Part shown: positions 1 through 7,900 of the stretch, piece by piece
How positions within the stretch are numbered: the stretch's first letter is position 1
Layout of the letters: every line of letters starts with the position of its first letter
Program-made: the position numbers and the translations under genes
Notes under the pieces: generated by a model
Seen by the model: only the letters and a program-made list of their open reading frames with translations
Databases searched by the model: none
Told to the model about the DNA's origin: nothing
Assembly: GCA_038999435.1 (NCBI GenBank)
Contig: JAVZYR010000019.1
Location: 1 to 10,615 of the forward strand
Length of the DNA: 10,615 nucleotides
From: Candidatus Aenigmatarchaeota archaeon
GTDB lineage: Archaea; Aenigmatarchaeota; Aenigmatarchaeia; QMZP01
Direction of reading: 5' to 3'

Positions 1-2
1 TG

Positions 3-1202
3 TGCGCGGACAGTGCAAGATACACATTCGTCACACAAGAGCGTCCCTTCCCTGAAATCATAGGCCTGAGAACCGAGGTGACCCACACTTCTGTTGACAT
101 ACACTGGAATACCTTCCAGATTGTCAACACAACTGTTTATCTTATAAAAAACCAATCTACACTTCCTAACATGTCATCGTGGATGAGGACTTCCAATAGC
201 TCATACAGGACAGACCATTCTGCTCACTTTTCCTACCTTAAACCTGGGACAACATATGTTTTTGTCATAGAACACTGCGGTGAAGGAAGATGTAACAAGA
301 CAGCCCATAATTTTGTAGCAACTTTGAGCTGTTTTGACGGAATAAGAAACGGTGACGAACACGGTGTTGACTGTGGTGGACCGTGTGAGGCAGAATGCAT
401 AGAGTGCACATGGTGTGGTGACAAGATAATACCCGTCTATCTTCAAGGTCCGCCTGAGGAGAAAATAGACATCGTTTTCGTCGCTTCTAATACGTCGTGG
501 GACTGGTTCCACAGAGCCAAGGTCGCGAAAAACACATATTCATCCAACAGAAGTGCTTTTATTAGCGTAGTGAGGGATTTGATTCAAAACTGGTATCTTG
601 AATTAAATACGCTGGTGAGTGAGCCGATACCTTCCAATTTCCGCGAGCGCTTCAATTTCTACTATTACTGGGACAATCGCAGTTTCGGTGATGCTTTCGA
701 TGGTTGTGCCGGCAGACTACCAGAAGCCTTCTGGACCGATGCACCATTCGCCGACGTCGGCGGTATACTTTATCCACCTCATTGGGTTAGCGGCGTGACA
801 GAGGCAGGAGGTTGTGCCAATGCTTTGGGTCCGCCCAGCCAGTTCAAGGGACCTGGTTTCAATGGCTATGTCACCATTCATGAAAGTGGTCATGCAGTCT
901 TTGGTCTTGTTGACGAATACTGTGGGAACACTACCTATTCGCAGAACGATCCGCTGGCAAACGTCTGGGGTTCGCTTGAGAACTGCACGAGGGACGTGGC
1001 TTCTACGACGAAGCATGATCCATCCAACTGCAGGCAGATAATGTGGGACGATTCAAGAACATCCGGAGTCGACTGTACGCGCAACTGGTGGAGGTGGAAC
1101 CCAGACCCAGAAATAATGGAATGTGCCTGTGGCAAGTTCGGGCCCATGTGCGTCAGGCACATAAATTACATGTTCGAGAGTAGCTGGAAATGGAGGAGAT
1201 GA
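3..1202 (+). CDS. Secreted/surface zinc metallopeptidase, M64 (IgA peptidase)-like, with FN3-like domain(s) and a Cys-rich module; 5' end lies upstream of the window
   Basis: The frame is open from base 3 (CADSARYTFVTQERPFPEIIGLRTEV...), so GTG78 is probably internal. FN3/purple-acid-phosphatase-N-like segment: THTSVDIHWNT...HSAHFSYLKPGTTYVFVIEHC. Cys motif CFDGIRNGDEHGVDCGGPC at 330-386. Catalytic domain has KIDIVFV...RFNFYYY, HESGHAVFGLVDEY at 879-920 (the HExxH...LxDEY pattern of M64 peptidases) and a C-terminal IM...FGPMC. Stop TGA 1200-1202. Confidence 0.85.
   Translation, partial: CADSARYTFVTQERPFPEIIGLRTEVTHTSVDIHWNTFQIVNTTVYLIKNQSTLPNMSSWMRTSNSSYRTDHSAHFSYLKPGTTYVFVIEHCGEGRCNKTAHNFVATLSCFDGIRNGDEHGVDCGGPCEAECIECTWCGDKIIPVYLQGPPEEKIDIVFVASNTSWDWFHRAKVAKNTYSSNRSAFISVVRDLIQNWYLELNTLVSEPIPSNFRERFNFYYYWDNRSFGDAFDGCAGRLPEAFWTDAPFADVGGILYPPHWVSGVTEAGGCANALGPPSQFKGPGFNGYVTIHESGHAVFGLVDEYCGNTTYSQNDPLANVWGSLENCTRDVASTTKHDPSNCRQIMWDDSRTSGVDCTRNWWRWNPDPEIMECACGKFGPMCVRHINYMFESSWKWRR
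1192..1196 (+). promoter_or_regulatory. Shine-Dalgarno-like GGAGG for the 1204 CDS, inside the end of the peptidase gene
   Basis: GGAGG at 1192-1196 lies 7 nt before ATG1204. The peptidase stop (1200-1202) is 1 nt from the next ATG, suggesting translational coupling. Confidence 0.65.
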
Positions 1203-1203
1203 G

Positions 1204-1800
1204 ATGAAAAAGGTTGCAGCCTTTCTAATGCTTGCATTTTTGTTACTGCCATATCCAGCTTTTGCCGAAGACCTGACTAAGACGATAAAAATTGAACTCA
1301 GCATAAAAAACGATAGCTTCAGCGAAATCTCAAAGACAATCGTTTACTCTCATCCGCCAGACCTCGGTCTGCAACAAGGGCCTTTCATTGCAAAGATCAT
1401 CTCTGTAGATGGCTCGCTGTTTGGAGAATTCAATATCTGGGATCCGAGAATCCAAATGGGCGATGAAATTGTTATGTATGAAAATGGAACAGTTGGCAGG
1501 ATAGAGGGCAAGGTTGTCCGCACAGATGAGGCCAGGTTCTCGGTCATGCTTCCATTTCATCGAGAAATAAAAGTTTTAGAAATTTATGACAAGGAAAGCG
1601 GCGAGAAGATGCTCTCAGTCGAGCTTGCTTCTCTTATAGGCGAATTCTGCGAAACCCATAAAGAAGACTCAGACTGCGGCGGCGCTGTCACACAGATGAA
1701 TTATCTTCTTATTATAGCCCTAATATTTTTAGTCGTTGTAATAATTTTGTTTTTTTCTGTCAAAAAACTCAAAGGACCGAAAGCAGGAAAAAAGCGCTGA
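1204..1800 (+). CDS. Membrane-anchored exported protein of unknown function (signal peptide, beta-rich domain, C-terminal TM helix, basic tail); probable partner of the peptidase
   Basis: MKKVAAFLMLAFLLLPYPAFA is a typical Sec signal with an AFA cleavage site. It is followed by a ~125-aa beta-rich domain, a FCETHKEDSDC Cys pair, the hydrophobic YLLIIALIFLVVVIILFFSV and the tail KKLKGPKAGKKR. Confidence 0.85.
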   Translation: MKKVAAFLMLAFLLLPYPAFAEDLTKTIKIELSIKNDSFSEISKTIVYSHPPDLGLQQGPFIAKIISVDGSLFGEFNIWDPRIQMGDEIVMYENGTVGRIEGKVVRTDEARFSVMLPFHREIKVLEIYDKESGEKMLSVELASLIGEFCETHKEDSDCGGAVTQMNYLLIIALIFLVVVIILFFSVKKLKGPKAGKKR

Positions 1801-1855
1801 ATTTCCCTATTTCTGCTTCCGTGTGTTCTTCGGCACAGATAAAGTTCATCACCAT

Positions 1856-1911
1856 TCTATTTTAAAGTAGGATAACTATTTATAGCATTTTTGACCAATA
1901 TTTAAAATAGA
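1856..1911. repeat. 11-bp perfect inverted repeat TCTATTTTAAA / TTTAAAATAGA with a 34-nt spacer containing the putative TATA box
   Basis: 1856-1866 (TCTATTTTAAA) is the exact reverse complement of 1901-1911 (TTTAAAATAGA). Confidence 0.7.
1869..1885 (+). promoter_or_regulatory. Putative archaeal promoter (BRE + TATA box) for the giant CDS
   Basis: Purine-rich AGGATAAC followed by TATTTATAG (TTTATA at 1879-1884), about 35 nt upstream of ATG1917. There is no SD before 1917, consistent with a short-leader transcript. Confidence 0.5.
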
Positions 1912-1916
1912 TAGCC

Positions 1917-4900
1917 ATGCATAAGAAATTTATAAAAAAAGGAAATAAAACCTTTGGTCCCTATTACTATACAACAATTAGAGATTCTGGTAAGATAAAA
2001 TCTTTTTATCTTGGCCAAGATGAAGAGATTGCAAGGCAAAAGGAAAAAGAAATAAAGAAAAAATATGATGTGAAAGAGTTATCCCACACATTGTCATATG
2101 AGCAAGAGCCCAGGCCCGTGCTGCCATACATTACATTAGCACTGCTGATAACAGCTGTGCTTGTATTTCCATTTATCCTACAATTCAGACTAAATGGTCT
2201 TTTCATAGGTTTAGAGTCGGTAAACTATGAAAAGATTCAAGATGACCCAACATTTGATGTAATTGTAGATTCTGTGAATTTTGAGGGTAATAATCTGGTC
2301 GTGAATTTTCATCATAATTCAGAGCAGGCACAACCCGTTTTAGTTATGGGAAATATTTCTTTCTCTCTCAGTACAGACATCCTGGGCCCGGGCGAAACAG
2401 CGCAATTAGCAGTTCAGGATTGGGATGGCAGTTATTTTGAGCTAAAGGTTGGAAATGAATCAGAGATTATCGCATTTTATATCAAGGCTAAAAACAGGGC
2501 AGAGCAAAATTTACCGCACGAAAATCAAACAGAAAATGTCACAGAGCCCCTTATCGAATCACCTACATCAATTGATTATGAAAAAATAGAGGCAGATTCT
2601 GAATTTGACCTGATAATCGATTCGGTGAGTTATGAGGGTAGTGACTTGATTGTCGATTTTCATCACACCTCAAGTCAGACCCAACCTATAACAATTGAAG
2701 GTGATGTGGTGTATGAGCTAAGCCACAGCCAGGCAGAAGGTGGCCAACAAGTCCATCTAAAGGTATTTGACTGGACAGAAGAGAAGTATTTTGAAATTAA
2801 GATCGGAAACCAGTCAGAGATTGTAGGTTTTGGTAAGATACCTGAATACAATATTAATACTGAGATTTTTGATGCGGAAGGACAGCCAGTGCCTGCAGAA
2901 ATCATTTTTGAAAAACCAGAGATAGGCAAAATGAGAATAACAGAATCAGCAACAAAAATGAAAAAGGGCAAATATGATATAAGGGTCAGAACAGCCGGGC
3001 TGCCTATAAAAGAGATTTGGATAAAAAATGTTGATGTCAAATCAGATATATCCGATTTTATCAAACTTGATGATGTGCCAGAGTCTATAGGTCCTGCTGA
3101 TGCTGTTGAAGTTTATGCAATTGACCCAACAGCGCTGAACTTTACAGAAGCTCTTGTGACAGCAACAGCGAAAGGTACAGAACTTTACAAATGCAAGGAA
3201 TGGGATTTCACAGAGCGAAAATGCAATGGCGAGTGGATTTACTTGATGAACATTGTTCCTGGTGAAGATTATTCCTTTGTTTTAACCCCAGAAGACCCTG
3301 CTTATGCAGAATATAATTATAGCAATTATCAGATAGAGGGCCATATGGCTTGGAGTTCTGATAATGCTTTGTCGAAACCACCTTCTGGAGGCCCTGCAGT
3401 ACCTAACGAAAAAGAATTAAATTCTACACAATATAGCCAAATAAATGCTTCTGACAATGTTCGAGCTTCTGTTGCAAGTGCAAATTATAGAACCTTTAGA
3501 TTTATGTTCAAGCTTAACCAAAGTGCAAGCCAGATTGTTAATCTAACAATTGCATGGGAAGGCTATACTACTGGAGCAAATGCTGCACAGAGACGAGTTG
3601 ATTTATATGTTTGGAATTTTACAAGTAATTCCTGGAGCGCTTCTTTAGCCAATAACAACCTTGCTGCTGATTATTGGTTAATATATACCTTTGCACCAAG
3701 TTCGCCTGAAGAATTTAAACATATAATAAACTCTACTAATCATATAATCTTTCTTGTTGAAACGCCAGATCCTCCTGGAACACAGACTTTCTATACCGAT
3801 ACAGCAAATATTTCTGTTTGGTATAATCTTCCTCCAAATGTTACTCTTGTTTCACCTCCTGATGGAAATGTTACAACAAGCAATGCTGTCAATTTCACTT
3901 GCAATGCAACTGATGATTTACAGCTTAGCAGTATAACATTTTACTGGAACTACAGCGGCTCTTGGCAAGCAAACGGCACTGTTTCGGTTTCAGGAACAAG
4001 CAACCAAACAACATTCGAAAGAACAAATTTAAGTAATGGCGCGATATTATGGAATTGCCAAGCATGTGATAATGAATCTGCATGCTCTTTTGCTCCTGCC
4101 AACTGGACTGTAACTGTTAATTACACTCCAGACAGCCCTCCAACTGTCACTCTAAGCTATCCACCTGACAATTATTATAATGACACAAGCCAATATGTTA
4201 ATTTAACATTCAATGCAAGTGTAACTGATGATTATGCCCTTGTAAATTGCTCATTGTGGCACAACTATACGGGAACATGGCATCTAAATCAGACACAAAC
4301 AGTTACAGGAACAAGCAATGTTACTAATTTCACTCTTGATGATTTAACAAACAAAACTTTCATTTGGAACATTCAATGTTATGACAATGCAAGTCAGTCA
4401 GCTTTTGCTCCAGCAAACAGGACCGTGATTTTAAATTGGACCCCTTACAATACATCTATCGATATCTCTCTTCTGAGGCTTGATTATTCAGCATTCCCAA
4501 CAAATGACAGCTACAACTTTATAGGAGAAGCGCTGGAGATGGGTGAAATGCATCATTTTTGGCCTGCTGTAAATTACAGCTATGCAAATGGTAGCCCTGT
4601 TTTAGGTGCAGATATAAGCGCAATCTTTGGTAAAGATGCAGGCATTTATTATGGTTATTTTGGTTTCGACCCTCCACACATCCATAATCACACAAAAATA
4701 TACGATTTTGCCCTCAAAGAAGACAACTATATTGCTGTCAACTTCACAGATGTATATAATTTAACAGAATCAAATTCGTTAAGCATAACATTTGCAGTGT
4801 GTAAGGTTGGGCAGAGCGATGTAACAGGAGAGGTGAGGATAAATAATCAGCTTAGTTGGACAGGCTCGAGCCTGATTGGAAATATATTCTCAAATCAAAC

Positions 4901-7900
4901 CTCGCAATGCCCATCAGATAGTTTGGTTTATTTAAAGAACATCAGCGCTTTCAAAGATGCTGATTCGTTTTACATCATGATCGGCTGTCCGAACTGTAGC
5001 AACAGCGAATACTATGTTGTGCCAAGGACAAACAATACAAATGGGTGGTTTGTGCCAAACAGAAGCCTTCAAACAGAAAGTGGGGATAGTGGATGGCAAT
5101 TGATGCCTGATAGTGAGCAAAACAATTGGGTTATTTATGTGCATAAATATTTTGACAATTTCTCAGACTTCAATTTCACCTACAATTCAAGCACAGGCCT
5201 CTATATAGACAAATCAAAGATATATGTGACAGAAGAAGATAGCATAACAAACATCACAGCCAATGCAAGCAAGCAAGACCACGAGCCAGCTACAAAGACA
5301 GAGTATATAGTAAATCTACCAATTGGTACTATAGTAAATATAGATGACCTGATAGATTCGGTAACAGTACATCAAAATCCACAAAATGGCACAACAGTTG
5401 AATATGGCAATATAACACTCATATGGAGCGCTTTCCATCCAAGAGGTATAGATTATTTCTATTCAAATCTCACATATGCAAACGGCTCAACAATTTCATA
5501 TAATGATACTGCTTTTGTTGTGCATTGGCCAGCGGAGCTGTTCACAGAGATAAATACTATTTATAATCTCACGGTTTGGGCAAATTCCACTACAGGTCAG
5601 AATGAGTCAGAAGTATTATGGTTTTATGTCAATGACACCCTTGCTCCATCTATTTACTACAATCCAAACACCACTGCAAACGGGACATATAGCAAAAATT
5701 GGATTTTCATCAATGTCACATGTTCTGATCTAAAAAAGGATACTGTTATTTTGAATTGGAATGGCTCAAATGAAAGCTTTGACAACAACGAAGGTGATAT
5801 TTATTGGGAAAACAAAACTGGACTGAATGAGGGCATTTATACATTCTATGCATGGTGCAACGACACATCAGGAAATAGCAATCAAACTGAGACAAGGATC
5901 ATAACAATCTATTTTAACAAAGCACCTCAAATATCTCTCAACGAACCATCAAACAACACTCAATTAAATGATACGCAGGATATGAATTTCAATTTCACAG
6001 CAACAGACGATCTGAACACAACATTAAATTGTTCGATTTATCTTGATGACAATTTAAATCAAACCAATTCATCAACACTAAATAATACATTGACAAACTT
6101 CTTAATCCAGGGCATAAGTTATGGCAGCCATAACTGGTCTATAAGTTGCACAGATGGAGAGCTGAGCAATATTTCTGAGACAAGATATTTTGTGATTGCT
6201 GATACGATTGGCCCAACAATCCTATTTGTCTCACCAACCCCTGACAACAATACAGTGCTGAGTCGAGATTGGGTAACAATCAATGCAAGTGTGTCAGATA
6301 CAGCAAGTAATATCGACGCTTGCATCCTTGAATGGAATGGCTCAAACGAAAGCATGACAAAAGTTGGCTCAGGGCCAAATGTAACTTGTTATGCTAATAA
6401 GACAGGCTTAACAGGGAACACAAACTACACTTACAAAGTTTATGCAAACGACACAAGCAACAACTGGAATGTTTCTGAAACAAGAAATGTATTTATAGGA
6501 ACACCTCCTAGCGTTGTGATATTGCATCCTTTGCCAGGAGAAGTCTTTGATGAGAATGATGTTGTCGTGCTCGTCGCAAACATCACGGACCCCGACGGCT
6601 TGAACCTGACAGTAGCAGAAGTAACCCTACCGAACTCTTCGAAGCAGAATGTTACACTATACATTCCGCCAAACGCTGATAACTTTGACACAAACACAGT
6701 CGGAATTGCGTGGGCAATAGAAAATCATACAGGAGCAGGTCAGATATGCGTTGCAGACATTGATACAACCATCCCTGACATGGCTTACACAGCAATAAGC
6801 GGAAATGGTTCACCATTTACAGATACATACTGTGGCTTAGTTTCTATGCATCCTATATGTGGCGATTTTGACATGAATATAACATTCAATGTTACTTATG
6901 AAGAAGGTATAGATTATGCGATGCTATTCGCTCTCACAGAAAACCCAACAATAATCGGCTCATCAAAGATTGTTTTCATGTCAATAGGAAATTGGACAGG
7001 TTATGGCAGGACATATGATGTCTTTATAAACGATGGGAACATATCAGACTACATCTCGGAAAGGCCAACTAACGACACCTACGGCAAATTCAGAATAAAG
7101 AGAGAAGGAAACAATTTCACATTCTACACTTGGAACAATACAGCGAATGATTGGTACGAGGAAGCACATGTTGAGAACGTAAACATGCCTTGTGCCTTGT
7201 TCATCAACCTTGAATCAGAAACAGCAGAAATTGGCTGGGGGAGCATAAATGTCACATGGGATGATTTAATCATCAACGGCTCCCAAGCATACACAGGGAT
7301 GTTCTCAGATACCTCAGTAAGCGGAATCTATAATGTCACATTCATTGCAAGAGACAATCTTGGTGCAATAAATGACAGTGAACAGACATACTTCAATATT
7401 TCAGAAATAAATGATGCTCCAAGCACACCATACATATTACAACCTTCTCCAGGATGGATTATACGAAATACTGTTGAAATCCGATGGAGTGATGTTTATG
7501 ACGAAGAAAATGACAGCCTTCAGTTTAACATTACTTTGTTAAATCCTGATTACAGCGAGAACGCAACGATCGTCACAAATTATGGCAATGCAAGCACTAC
7601 GAGCTACGAGTGGAACACAACGCTGTTCCAAGACGGCAACTATTCCTTGAAAGTTGTTGTTTTTGAGAATGAAACAGCTGAAGGGCTTTCATCGTATAGT
7701 ATTATGACAGGTACATTCAGCATAGACAACACCCCGCCAGCAATAGCTTTTATTCCTCCAACAGAAACAAGTGGCTCAATAATAAACAGAAATTACATAC
7801 AGGTGAATGTCACAGCTGATGACGAGCATCTTGACTACATCGAAGTATACTTGTACAATTCCACTCATTTATTAAATCAGACAATGAGCGTGTCTTCGCC

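Noticed and set aside
78..80. GTG start proposed by the ORF track for the peptidase
   Set aside because: The frame is open to the window edge, GTG78 falls inside an FN3-like domain and no signal peptide follows, although a GAGGTG SD-like string overlaps it.
201..1560. Short antisense and alternate-frame ORFs over genes 1 and 2
   Set aside because: They fully overlap well-supported CDSs and show no recognisable motifs.
1822..1838. Possible hairpin TGTGTTCTTCGGCACA after gene 2 as a terminator
   Set aside because: The stem is short, needs G-U pairs and has no following U-tract.
1917..2066. Integrase or transposase remnant suggested by the arm-binding-like N-terminus
   Set aside because: No catalytic recombinase or transposase sequence follows; the segment is fused in frame to a TM helix and the ectodomain.
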